64,000 nt of DNA. Origin: Chrysemys picta bellii (lineage: Eukaryota). The stretch lies in contig NC_088803.1 in the NCBI RefSeq assembly GCF_011386835.1, positions 20,584,001 through 20,648,000 of the forward strand, written 5' to 3'. A program made the translations under genes and the position numbers. Shown in pieces: positions 13,671-25,289 of the stretch (its first letter is position 1; each line of letters starts with the position of its first letter). The notes below the pieces were generated by a model, which saw only the letters and a program-made list of their open reading frames with translations, ran no database searches and had not been told where the DNA came from.

Positions 13671-14494
13671 TGTCAAGGCTGCTTCCCCACTCTGAACTTT
13701 AGGGTACAGATGGGGGGGCCTGCATGAAAACTTCTAATCTTAACTACCAGCTTAGATCTGGTCCGCTGCCACCACTCTCGAAGCTAATTCCCTTTCCTGG
13801 GTAGCCTTGAGAGACTTTTTACCAATTCCCTGGTGAATACAGATCCAAACCCCTTGGATCTTAAAACAAGGAGAAATTAACCATCCCCCCTCCTTCCTTC
13901 CACCAACTCCTGGTGGATCAAGATCCAACCCCCTTGGATCTAAAAACAAGGAAAAATCAATCAGGTTCTTAAAAAGAAGGCTTTTAATTAAAGAAAAAGT
14001 TTAAAATTATCTCTGTAAAATCAGGATGGAAAATAACTTTACAGGGTAATCAAACTTAAAGAGCTCAGAGGACCCCCCTCTAGCCTTAGGTTCAAAGTAC
14101 AGCAAACAAAGATAAACACTCTAGCAAAAGGTACATTTACAAGTTGAGAAAACAAAGATAAACTAACACGCCTTGCCTGGCTGTTTACTTACAAGTCTGG
14201 AATATGAGAGACTTGTTCAGAAAGATTTGGAGAACCTGGATTGATGTCTGGTCCCTCTTAGTCCCAAGAGCAAACAACCCCCAAAACAAAGAGCACAAAC
14301 AAAAGCCTTCTCCCCCCCCTCCCAAGATTTGAAAGTATCTTGTCCCCTTATTGGTCCTTTGGGTCAGGTGTCAGCCAGGTTACCTGAGCTTCTTAACCCT
14401 TTACAGGTCAAAGGATTTTGGAGTCTCTGGCCAGGAGGGATTTTATAGTACTGTACACAGGAGAGCTGTTACCCTTCCCTTTATAGTTACAACA
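13671..14494 (-). mobile_element. Solo LTR, 824 bp (Gypsy or ERV class not determinable)
   Basis: TG...CA termini, perfect 5-bp TSD AGCAC (13666-13670 / 14495-14499), empty paralogous site at ~22049. Confidence 0.9.
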
Positions 14495-14647
14495 AGCACC
14501 AAGACAGGGATTTTCAAAGGGGCCAAAGGGATTTTATCACTCACCTCCCATTGAATGACAATGGGAACTGGGCACCAATAGCACATACCCCTGTCATCTG
14601 AACTGAAAGTAAAAAGGGCAGTTTTCAAAAGTGTGCGCGGGCGCACG

Positions 14648-14678
<31 letters not shown>

Positions 14679-14965
14679 AACATTAAGGCAGAGGACTATT
14701 CTTGAGTTCCAGTGTGTGGATCAGCATTGATAGAGCAGCGGTCAAATTCCAATACAGATCTGAAACACTCCCATAAGATTCAGGTGCGTCTGAATCCATA
14801 TTTCCAAATCAGATGCATTTCTAAGGTACATGAATAGATAACAATGTGCAAAAATGTAACATGAATACACAAAGGTTTGATAGATTTATTTTTAAATCAC
14901 TCTTATAATGGCATACACCAGAGTTGGGAGTGACATACAAATTTAGAGAGAGAGAGATGAGTACA

Positions 14966-15114
14966 NNNNNNNNNNNNNNNNNNNNNNNNNNNNNNNNNNN
15001 NNNNNNNNNNNNNNNNNNNNNNNNNNNNNNNNNNNNNNNNNNNNNNNNNNNNNNNNNNNNNNNNNNNNNNNNNNNNNNNNNNNNNNNNNNNNNNNNNNNN
15101 NNNNNNNNNNNNNN
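14966..15114. other. Assembly gap (149 N) at the position of the (AGAT)n tract of unit B
   Basis: Flanks gagtaca / aacccaaagg match those around the GATA tracts of units A and C. Confidence 0.9.
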
Positions 15115-15155
15115 GAACCCAAAGGATTATTTATCTCAATGTTGATTGAGAAGGT

Positions 15156-16091
15156 TCATTTTAGAAGCACTGAGGTGATGATTCTTCCCAAAGCTTCTTT
15201 CACGTCCTTGTTCCTCAGGCTATAAATGAGGGGATTCAACATAGGGATGACCAGGCTATAAAATACGGACACCATTTTGCTCTGAGCTGGAGCAGATAGC
15301 GAACTGGGCTGGGCATATATGAAGGTAAGTGTCCCATAAAATAAAATTACGGACATCATGTGGGAGGTGCAGGTGGAAAAGGCTCTGCGTCTGCCCTCAA
15401 CAGAGCGAATCCTGAGGATGGCAGAGATGATGCAGGCATAGGATACAAGAATGACCATGGAGGTGCTCACGATGATGAGGCTGGATAAAGTGAACAGCAC
15501 CAGTTCATTGATGTCTGTGTTGGTGCATGAAAGGCTTAGCAGGGGTGGAATGTCACAGAAGAAGTGATCTATCTCATTGGACCCACAGAAACACAGTGTA
15601 AAGGTGAAGACTGTTTGCATCATTGAGTTTACACTGCCGCAAACATAGGAACCCACTAGCAGTTGAACACAAACCTGCTTGGACATGGTGATGGGATACA
15701 GGAGCGGGTTACAGATGGCGGTGTATCGATCATACGCCATAGCTGCCAGGATGAACGCCTCAGTACTGGCAAAGAGACCAAAGAAGAATAACTGGGTGGC
15801 ACATCCATTGAAGGAAATGGTTTTGCTGCCTCCTAGGAAGCTCATCATAGCTTTGGGGGTGATGGTGGAGGAGTAGCAGAGGTCTAAGAGCGACAGGTTC
15901 ATGAGGAAGAAGTACATGGGAGTGTGCAGGGGAGAATTGGCGCTAATAAGGAAGACCATGGTGGTGTTCCCCAGCACCGTTGTCATGTAAATCACCAGAA
16001 ACACCACAAAGGGGTCCACCTTGAGCCCCAGGCCACTTCCAAACCCCAGCAGGACGAATTCCGTCAGTGCTGTGTGGTTTCTCTCTTTCAT
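15156..16091 (-). CDS. Olfactory receptor, OR5/8/9 group (paralog 2), 311 aa
   Basis: Intact ORF with the same motifs. The upstream Met seen in paralogs 1 and 3 is ATA here (ATA GAG ACA ATG), so the second ATG is used. Confidence 0.95.
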   Translation of the reverse strand: MKERNHTALTEFVLLGFGSGLGLKVDPFVVFLVIYMTTVLGNTTMVFLISANSPLHTPMYFFLMNLSLLDLCYSSTITPKAMMSFLGGSKTISFNGCATQLFFFGLFASTEAFILAAMAYDRYTAICNPLLYPITMSKQVCVQLLVGSYVCGSVNSMMQTVFTFTLCFCGSNEIDHFFCDIPPLLSLSCTNTDINELVLFTLSSLIIVSTSMVILVSYACIISAILRIRSVEGRRRAFSTCTSHMMSVILFYGTLTFIYAQPSSLSAPAQSKMVSVFYSLVIPMLNPLIYSLRNKDVKEALGRIITSVLLK

Positions 16092-16840
16092 TGTCTCTAT
16101 TTACCTGGGGAAAGGAATGATATAAGCATTTTAAAAAAGAACCAAAGGGCTAAGGAGAATGCAGAAGGCTGCAGGTTCCTTTTGTATCTCACTCTCATTG
16201 AAAATAAAGGCACGTCTCCTGTTCGCTTAGATAAAAGTGGACTTAACTCTTAGAAATGTCATTACATTTCTTCTTAATAAATCTCCAAAAGTTCTGTTAG
16301 AAATTTTGAGTTTTCTGCAGTAGAACACCAATTTATTAACTTTCCCATATAACAAATATTTACAAGAGGGGAATTTTCCCATAGAGTGCCAGATTCTGCT
16401 ACTCTTATCATGTTCTTACTCACTGAGATCCATGGGACTCCCCATGGAGTGAAGGAGTACTCGACATGAGCTAGTTTGGTGAAATGTGGCCCTCAGTGCA
16501 CACAGTCCTTTATTTTAAGGCTAGAAGGAAGCAAGATGAGGATTTAGTGTGCATCAAGCCCAAGAGTTTGTGACTGAACTAGAGCATTACTCTCTGTCTC
16601 TCAAAATTAGGGAATGCCAGGATTAAAGTTGCCCGTGCAACTTTCATTCACTGCCCTGTACTTATACGTTAAGATTAGACTTGGACAGGTTGTATTTTTA
16701 GAGGTACTTAACAGCAAACACACACATTGATGAAAAAGCATTTCCATCAGTAACCATTAAAATCTACAGACAGGAAAAGCCAGAAAAATGCTGCTTCAGA
16801 ATTTACTGGAGTGTGATTTAAGGTTATTTATTTTGTACAT

Positions 16841-17037
16841 TTGTATCCGCAAAAAGAAGAACAGGAGGACTTGTGGCACCTTAGAGACTAACAAATTTAT
16901 TAGAGCATAAGCTTTCGTGGACTATAGCCCACTTCTTCGGATGCATATGCATCCGAAGAAGTGGGCTATAGTCCACGAAAGCTTATGCTCTAATAAATTT
17001 GTTAGTCTCTAAGGTGCCACAAGTCCTCCTGTTCTTC
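16841..17037. mobile_element. Young Penelope-like element terminus inserted as head-to-head inverted copies
   Basis: Perfect palindrome 16853-17040; 14-bp TSD TTTATTTTGTACAT (16827-16840 / 17038-17051); empty sites at ~3680 and ~24450. The sequence matches turtle Penelope termini as recalled. Confidence 0.85.
16949..16988 (+). ncRNA. Minimal type-I hammerhead-ribozyme-like motif (mirror copy at 16905-16944 on minus strand)
   Basis: Stem I GCAT/ATGC; core CCGAAGA(A); stem II GTGGGC-TATA-GTCCAC; GAA; palindromic AGCT in place of helix III; predicted cleavage after U16984. Confidence 0.6.
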
Positions 17038-19889
17038 TTTATTTTGTACATGTTCACATGTGACGCTCACAATTTGTGTTTTAGCGGTTATAAAACTTTA
17101 GCTTTTTATATCTGAATGTGTACTGTCATTAAATAATTAGTGTCTAATCCCCTTTCTTTGAGCCCCCAATAATTTCCCATAATTGTGAAAATTTAAATTG
17201 ATAACAATTGAAAAAAGGCTTAAAATAAACGTTGGTATTCTCTGTTGAAATTATATTAAAACATTGAATTATGCCAAGCTTAATTATGATAGAGTCCTTA
17301 ATTACCTGATCACATATTATTATTTCCACAGTACCACTGCCTCATCCAGTGCACAGGATGGATGGGGCTCACTTACTGAACAGCTATTGAATATTTTGTT
17401 TTGTCTTCATTGTTCTATGGGTGACCCCAAGGCTTACTTACTGCACACTATGCAAACCCTGCTCTGGAGAGAGAATTATTAATTCACGCAGGGGCTTTCC
17501 TATAGTGCCCATCACTATAGTATCTGAGCGCTTCACAAACATCAGTGAATTTGTTTTCACAGCACTGGAGATGAGGGATTATTATTCTGCCCCCAACTTT
17601 TCTCTTTCCCAGTTCTGGCTCTTTCCCAAGCCTGGCTCCTTGTCTCATTTTATTCTCCTCACCGAGTCATTCCCCTCTCCCCAGGCTTCTCAGACCAGTC
17701 CCAGTATCCTTCCACAGCCAGTTTCACTCACCCCCTCCATCCAAGATCCCATTTCCCACTGGCTCGCAGTCCCAATCTACCTCATACAATCTCGCTATCT
17801 TCCCTCCGGCCCCATCTCATTTCCTTCTCCCAGTCTCTTTCTCCAGCCAGTGCTGGTTCTGCCCCTTCACCGTGGATCCTCATTGGATTTGTCCACCATG
17901 CCTCCTCATCTCCTCCACACTTTTATACAGGTTCTCAACCCCAGTCTTCCTGATCTGATAGTCCCAGTATCTCTGCCAGCTCCTCATCTGATCTCAGGCT
18001 CCCCGTCACCTACTGGCTATCAACACTCCCCCCACCCCTTCCTTTCATGTCCCTCCCTGGCATCCAGTCCTATTCTCTTTGCCCCTGTAGTCTCCCTCCC
18101 AACTCTCAGCACTAGTTTTATTGCCCAGTTAGTCCCCGTCTATTTCCAAAGCTCCCAGTTTCCTTGTCCAGTCTCCTCTCCATGCCAGCTTCCAGTTTTT
18201 CTCCCGTCACCTTAGTTAAAAAAAATCCCCATTGACTTAATCTGGAGATCTTTCTTTCTTTTTTTATGCAGAGCCTAGCCCAATGTGACCCTGAGCCTTG
18301 ATTCTGGTGCTACTGTAACAATTATAATAATTAAAGCCAATCATATTTTTTTCCCAGCAGAATAGTGTAGTTTCAATTAAATGAAAATATTCACATAAAG
18401 TGTCTGCTTTCCTCAAAACAATTCATTTTTTCCTTGGAAAATCATTATCCCTCCCCAGTTTGTAATTAATTTTCAGCTGATCATTTTTAGTATTTCAATG
18501 AAAACTGAAAACTTTCAGTAGGGGAAAAAAGTTCAGAGCGGCTCTTATAATAACAAACACAATCAAAAGTTAGGTTTAGTGACACTTAAGGTAGCATCGG
18601 GGAACTCCCCACCAACCAGAACCTAAAAGCATTGAAACCAGAATTGAAAGAAAAGTCTTCTGTATTCCTTGCCACCGTCTTATTACAGACAACACTGTTG
18701 ATAATTCATTCCGGCATTCCATAAGGTTTTCAGATCAATCTCCAACAGAAGCCTGAAATCAATACATACCCTAGCTTCATTCAACTTGCAGAATGTTAAT
18801 AGAGACCTCATGCTCTCTTCTGTAAAGGGATCGGCACATTTGCCTGTCACACAGCTCATATACTTGCAAGGTTCATCTGCTTTAACACTGCTGAGTGATG
18901 GAATTTGAAAATGTCACCCCAGACTAAAGGACCACGACTGTTGCAGCTGTTAGTTTCTATCAACAACCAGAAAAGTCACTTTTCCCCCTGGCAATATCTC
19001 CTCCTCACTGACCTCTGAACAATGAGCACTAACTACATTGATGAGTCTTTTTGCATCATTAATGGACCCTCTGGGATATGGTCCCCAGGTTCTTCATAAG
19101 GTTAATAAATTCAAGCAAGATATTATTTGTAATGTTGCTTTGTTATGGGATTACAGTGATTTCCCAGACTGAAAAGAACTGAGTGTGTTTTTAGTCTTCT
19201 TTCCATAAAGATGCTGGCTACCCTCCTCAAAATAACCTGCCCAGTGAAGCCAACTGTGTGACCAGTTCCACAGTCCTTACTCTCATTGAGTAGCGCTTAC
19301 TGATGCAAGTACTTCTGTTGAGTAAGGGGTGGGGAATTGTCGCACAAGTGAGTAACAATTCCTTTTTTCTTTCTTCTTCTTTTCCTAAATATCAGAATTT
19401 ATTACAAAATGGGAATTTGCGTAATAAGCCAAATCTACCACGGACAAAACTAATTGAACAGAGTGCATTCATATTTGATCAATTGTGCTGGTAACTTGTG
19501 TCCACACAGCATCAGGTTGTATCGGGAAAAGATGTGATGTACTCTGCATAGGAACCCCAGTGTCCCCTATTAGTACCTTTTAGCATGTCACCTTGTGGGA
19601 GATTTTCACAGTGCGTTGTGGAATACCCTTATGTCTCTCCGAAACTTGAAGGAATCCAGGGGAAAATGTTGACAATTCCCTCTGTGCCATAAAATAGCCT
19701 GCTGTTCTCAAGCCCCATGTAAGAATTGTCCACTGCAAAGATGCATGCAGTGCAGAGAAACACAGCACTCTTGTCCACTTTATGTATAGAGAAAACAATT
19801 CTGGTTTATTTGCAAGGCCCTTGTGCTAAGATAGAGTCACCTGAGGACGAGCAAACAGACAGTCCTGTGGATACACCCATACAACTTTC

Positions 19890-20780
19890 CAAGACCAGAT
19901 GCACTCAGCAGAGAGGTGGTTTGGGGCCCATCCAATGAGCACCAAGTGCAGGGACTGGGTAATGATGCACACCTGGGATGACCAGCAGTTGTTCCAGGAG
20001 TTTCACATACAGAAGCCCACATTCCTAGAGCTAAGGTCCAAGCTCACCCAAACCCTGCAATGCACAGACACCGAGATGAGCACTGTCTCGACAGTGGAGA
20101 AAGGAATGCACATTGCCACATGGAATCGTGCAACTTTAACTTGCTACTGGTCAGTGGGGAACCAACTTGATGCTAGAAAATCATTATGGGGTTGGTCATC
20201 ATGTAGGCATTCCAGGTGAGAAATAATGTCTTGCTGTTCTGGGTAGAAACCCTGGGCAATGTGCAGGAAACAATAGATGAATTCAATGACTTCCCTAACA
20301 ATGCGGAGTCCTTATTGTGTGCCCCTTTCCCCAAATAAACGTTGAGTACATAAACGACAAGGGTTACTGCTCCACAGTACAGAGGCTTTGGTGAAACCTA
20401 GTGGGTGATTTACTGACATGAATGTTGGCTGGTTGGGAAAAGTCCACACCCCTCAACATTTTAGAAATGCAGGGCTTTTTGAAAGGCTGAAAGTTAGGGA
20501 GTTCTCCCCAGACTGTCCAACTGACCTTAACAGGGTTTCTGTGCCAGCACTGCCTCTCTCTTGGTGACTCGGCCCACCCTTTCCTTCCCTGGAAGCTGTA
20601 CCACAACAACTTAGAGAGAATCAAGGAGAGGTTAACGATCACCTGGGCAGGTTCAGGATCACTAGGGAGTGGACTTTGAAGGATAGGTAAAAGTGTCTCA
20701 TGAAAAGGATCAATCTCTGAGGAGGAAAACATTCCAGTAGCTGCTGATGCATGCTGTGCAGTGCATAATATCCTGCGACC
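19890..20780 (+). mobile_element. Harbinger transposase relic, unit B
   Basis: Track ORF 19899-20219 reads MHTWDDQQLFQEF...CYWSVGNQL; paralogous to 6700-7610. Confidence 0.85.
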
Positions 20781-21136
20781 AATGGTGAGACCCAACTACT
20801 AGGCTTGATGAGTGAGGTGGACAGACTAAAGCTGTAAAAATGTTTCTTCTCCTAGGCCTACAGTTGCAGTAGCATTCCCATTCTGTCAATGACACGAGAA
20901 GAGAGGGTAGAAGTTGATAAAGTACAGTTCAGAGCTGAAGAGTAATGGTCAAATAAAAAGAGTCCCATTCAATTACATCACATTAAGGCAGACAGCTAAA
21001 TATTGACCCATTTTATAAATGCTTGCACACAAATACTAGAAGTCGAAATACTACAATGGGTGGGCTTGAGTGACTGATATTAAAGGAGAATATTAACAAA
21101 ATAAGCATCACAGAAACTTGGTGGAATGATGATAAT

Positions 21137-21669
21137 TAAGGCTAAGATTTAATCACGGGTATTTTTAATAAAAGTCATGTACATGTCACGGGCAAGAAAC
21201 AAAAAATCAGGGGCCTGTGACCTTTCCAAGACTTATACCATAAATACCCGTGATTTAATAATGGGGGGGGGGTGCTGTGATGGGGGGTACTGCGGGGGGG
21301 AAGGCCCTGGTACCAGTTGCAGGGAGAAGCCTTGGGAGGGGGAGCTACGGTGGGGCTGCTTTCACTCCAACTGCCGTTGGGGGGCTGGGCAGGGAAGCCC
21401 TGGGGGACAGTGGCTGTTCTGGCCATGGCCAGCGGAAGCATTGGGGGGCCAGACACTGCTCTAGCCACCCCAGGACCACTGCTTGGAGTCAGTGATCTGT
21501 GGCTGTTCCCGCCACCCCCAGGACTGCTACTGGGGCCCTCTGCATCGGGCCACTGCTTGGGCAGTCCTAGGGGCCAGCTGCCCGAGGATGCCAGAGCAAC
21601 GGCTGGTGCGACTGTCTGCAGGGCCATCCAAGTTGCTAGCTTCAGAGGTGCTCCGACAGAGCCAGTGTG
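21137..21669. mobile_element. One-ended GC-rich non-autonomous DNA element (hAT-like) at the unit B/C junction
   Basis: Starts TAAGGCT exactly where CR1 homology to units A/C stops; no matching right terminus seen. Confidence 0.55.
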
Positions 21670-22327
21670 TCTCCCATTCAACTGTTATCATGTCTCTTCT
21701 TCTGCAGGTGCAACGGCTATTGACTTCAGTGAGAGCAAATGGTGTTCAGAACCACTGAGGGTCAGAAGAGTAGTTCACACTTGTGCCATGCCTCCTATGT
21801 CTGAAATAACCACATATGTAGCTGTGAAAATAACCAACTTTCCTAATCACTGGTTCAACTGAAAACTTGAAAAAAAAAGAATGTGGTTTGGGTTGACACA
21901 AAATTATTTTTTTAGACGATGATGATGATGTTGATGATAATGATGATGGCACTTTTTCTATAATAATATTTGGCCATCCAAACAATACATACACCACAAG
22001 CTGGTAAAGGAGAGAGACCAATATTAATGTAACAAGTACGGGTATTTCAGCACCAAGGCTGGAATTTTCAAAGAGACCAATGGTATTTTATCACCCATCT
22101 CCCATTGAGTGACAATGGGAACTGGGCACCAATAGCACATACCCCTATCATTTGAACTGAAAATAAAAGGGGGCTGTTTAGAAGTGCACATTGTTGGCTT
22201 AATGCTGCCCCTCTCCCCGTCCCCCTTTGAAACCAGAGATAAAAATGCCATTGACTGCAACACTGAGTGCTTCTGAAAATCCTACCTTACCTCCTTTCAG
22301 CAGGAGCCAGCCAGTAAAGAATGATAT

Positions 22328-22328
<1 letters not shown>

Positions 22329-22378
<50 letters not shown>
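22329..22378. repeat. (CA)n microsatellite; paralogous tracts ~1622-1638 and ~14645-14678
   Basis: Directly visible. Confidence 0.97.
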
Positions 22379-22381
<3 letters not shown>

Positions 22382-22676
22382 TAAGCCAAGGGACTATTTT
22401 TGAGTTCCAGTGTGTGGATCAGCATTGATAGACCAGTGGTGAAATTCTGACACAGATCTCAAACTCTCCCCAAGGTTCAAGGGCGTTTGAATCCATATTT
22501 CCAGACCAGATGCATTTTTAAGGTACATGAATAGATAACTGTGAAAAAATGTAACATACATACACAGCGGGTTGATTGATTTATTTTTTAAATCACTCTT
22601 ATAATGTGATACACCACTGTTGAGACTGGTGTACAAATTTAGAGAGAGAGACGAGTACAAATGGGAATTGCTAGTT

Positions 22677-22753
<77 letters not shown>

Positions 22754-22822
22754 TATGATTGTTACGGTACTGGACTTTCCATAACCCAAAGGATTATTTA
22801 GCTCAATGTTTATAGAGAAGTT

Positions 22823-23767
22823 TCACTGTAGAAACACTGAGCTGATGGTTCTTCCCAAAGCTTCTTTCACATCCTTGTTCCTCAGGCTGTAGATGAGGGG
22901 ATTCAACATAGGGATGACCAGGGTATAAAACACAGACACCACTTTGCTCTGAGCTGGAGCAGATAGTGAACTGGGCTGGGTATACATGAAGGTAACAGTG
23001 CCATAAAATAAACTCACGGACATCATGTGGGAGGTGCAGGTGGAGAAGGCTCTGCGTCTGCCCTCAGCAGAGCGAATCCTGAGGATGGCAGAGATGATGT
23101 AAGCATAGGAGATGAGAATGACCATGGAGGTGCTCACGATGATGAGGCCAGATAAAGTGAACATCACCACTTCATTAATGTCTGTGTTGGTGCATGAGAG
23201 GCTTAGCAGGGGTGGAATGTCACAGAAGAAATGATCTATCTCATTGGACCCACAGAAACACAGTGTAAAGGTGAAGACTGTTTGCACCATGGAGTTTACA
23301 CCGCTGCAAACATAGGAACCCACCAGCAGCTGAATGCAAACCTGCTTGGACATGGCGACGGGATACAGGAGCGGGTTGCAGATGGCGGTGTATCGATCAT
23401 ATGCCATGGCTGCCAGGATGAACGCCTCGGTAGCAGCAAAGAGACCGAAGAAGAAGAATTGGGTGGCACATCCGAGGAAGGAAATGCTTTTGCTGCTTAC
23501 TAGGAAGCTCGCCATGGCTTTGGGGGCGATGGTGGAGGAGTAGCAGAGGTCTAAGAGCGACAGATTCATGAGGAAGAAGTACATGGGAGTGTGAAGGCGA
23601 GAGTTGGCTCTAATGAGGAAGACCATGGTGGTGTTTACCACCACGGTTGTCATGTAAATCACCAGAAACACCACAAAGGGGCCCTCCTTGAGCCCCAGAC
23701 CACTTCCAAATCCCAGCAGGATGAATTCTGTCAGTGCTGTGTGGTTTATCTCTTTCATTGTCTTCAT
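22823..23767 (-). CDS. Olfactory receptor, OR5/8/9 group (paralog 3), 314 aa
   Basis: Intact ORF with OR motifs; the TM1 GN motif reads VN (GTA AAC). Confidence 0.93.
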   Translation of the reverse strand: MKTMKEINHTALTEFILLGFGSGLGLKEGPFVVFLVIYMTTVVVNTTMVFLIRANSRLHTPMYFFLMNLSLLDLCYSSTIAPKAMASFLVSSKSISFLGCATQFFFFGLFAATEAFILAAMAYDRYTAICNPLLYPVAMSKQVCIQLLVGSYVCSGVNSMVQTVFTFTLCFCGSNEIDHFFCDIPPLLSLSCTNTDINEVVMFTLSGLIIVSTSMVILISYAYIISAILRIRSAEGRRRAFSTCTSHMMSVSLFYGTVTFMYTQPSSLSAPAQSKVVSVFYTLVIPMLNPLIYSLRNKDVKEALGRTISSVFLQ

Positions 23768-25062
23768 TTCCTTGAGAAAAGTAATGAGATAATAATTTAA
23801 AAATGAATAAAATGGCTAAGGAGAATACACCAGGCTACAGGCCCAATTTCAGCTCACACCCATTGAAAATAAATGCAAGTCTCCCCTTGGCTTAGATAAA
23901 AGTGGACTTCTTAATAAATCTCCAGAGGTTCTTTTAGAAATTTTGACTTTTCTGCAGTAGAACACCAATTTATTAGCTTTCCCATATAACAATTATTTAC
24001 AAGAGTGCAAGATTCTGCTGCTCTTATCTTGATCTTACTCACTGAGATCCATGGGACTCCCCTTGGAGTGAAGGAGTACTCGACATGAGCTAGTGTGGTG
24101 AAATGTGGCTCTTAGTGTACACAGTCCTTTATTACAAGGCTAGAAGGCAGCAAGATGAGGATTTAGCGTGCATCAAGCCCAAGAGTTTGTGATTTAAATA
24201 GAGCATAACTCTCTCTCTCTCTAAAGTTAGGAAATACCAGGATTAAAGTTGCTTGTGCAACTTTTATTCACTGCCCTATACATACGTTATCACTAGACTT
24301 GGACAGATTGGATTTTTAGAGGTACTTGATAGCAAACACACACATTGACAAAAACGGCATTTCCATCAATAACCATTGCAATTTACAGACAGGCAATCAG
24401 AAAAACGCTGCTTGACAACCTCATAGAGTTTGATTTAAGGATCTATTTTTTTGTACACTTTGACATGTGACGCTCACAATTTGTGTTGTAGCAGTTTTAA
24501 AGCTTTAACATTTTATATCTGAATGTGTACTGTCATTAAATAATTAGTGTCTAACCCCCGTTTTTTGAGCCTCTATAATTTCCCATAACGGTGAAAATTT
24601 AAATTGATAACAATTGAAAAAAGGCTTATAAACAAACATTGATATTATACAATGAAATTAACCTGATCACATATTATTATTTCGACAGTACCTCTCCCTC
24701 ATCCAGTGCACAGGATGGATGGGGCTCACTTACTGTACTGTTATTCAATATTTAGTTTTGTCTTCTTTGATCAGTGAGTGGCCACAAGACTTGCTGACTG
24801 CACACGATTCAAACCCTGCTCCAGAGAGAGAATTAATTCCCCCAGGGGCTTTCCTGTAGTGCCCATCACTATAGTATCTGAGCGCTTCACAAACATCAGT
24901 GAATTTGTTTTCACAGCACTGGAGATGAGGGATTTTTATTCTGCCCCAACCTTTCCCTTTCCCAGTCCTGGCTCTTCCCCAAGCCTGGCTCCTTGTCCGA
25001 TCCTATTCTCCTCATTGAGACTGTCTAAGTCCCCTCTTCTCAGGCTTCTCAGCCCAGTCCAA

Positions 25063-25289
25063 GGCTGGGTCTACACTACCCGCCTGAATCGGCGGGTAGA
25101 AATCGACGCTCTTACTCCACCAGCGGAGGTGGGAGTATGTGCCGTCGATAGGAAGCTGCAGAGGTCGATTTTGCCGCCGTCCCTACAGCGGGGTAAGTCG
25201 GCTGTGATACGTCGAATTCAGCTACGCTATTCGCGTAGCTGAATTTGCATATCTTAAATCGACCCCCCCCCCGTATTGTAGATGTAGCC
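25063..25289. mobile_element. Harbinger-type MITE private to unit C
   Basis: TIRs GGCTGGGTCTACACTAC / GTATTGTAGATGTAGCC, 3-bp TSD CAA, CpG-rich, absent at ~17700 in unit B. Confidence 0.85.

Larger units (their letters stand above)
11534..21669. repeat. Tandem duplication unit B (contains OR paralog 2)
   Basis: Collinear homology to unit A with private insertions (solo LTR 13671-14494, Penelope palindrome); right end truncated at 21136. Confidence 0.85.

Noticed and set aside
17421-18215. 264-aa Pro/Ser-rich ORF
   Set aside because: Runs through a C/T-rich low-complexity repeat. The paralogous regions (4270-5020, 24780-25800) are broken by stops and insertions, and there are no domain motifs.
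21175-21862. 168-aa and 181-aa GC-rich ORFs
   Set aside because: Chance ORFs in a GC-rich non-autonomous element, crossing a rearrangement junction.
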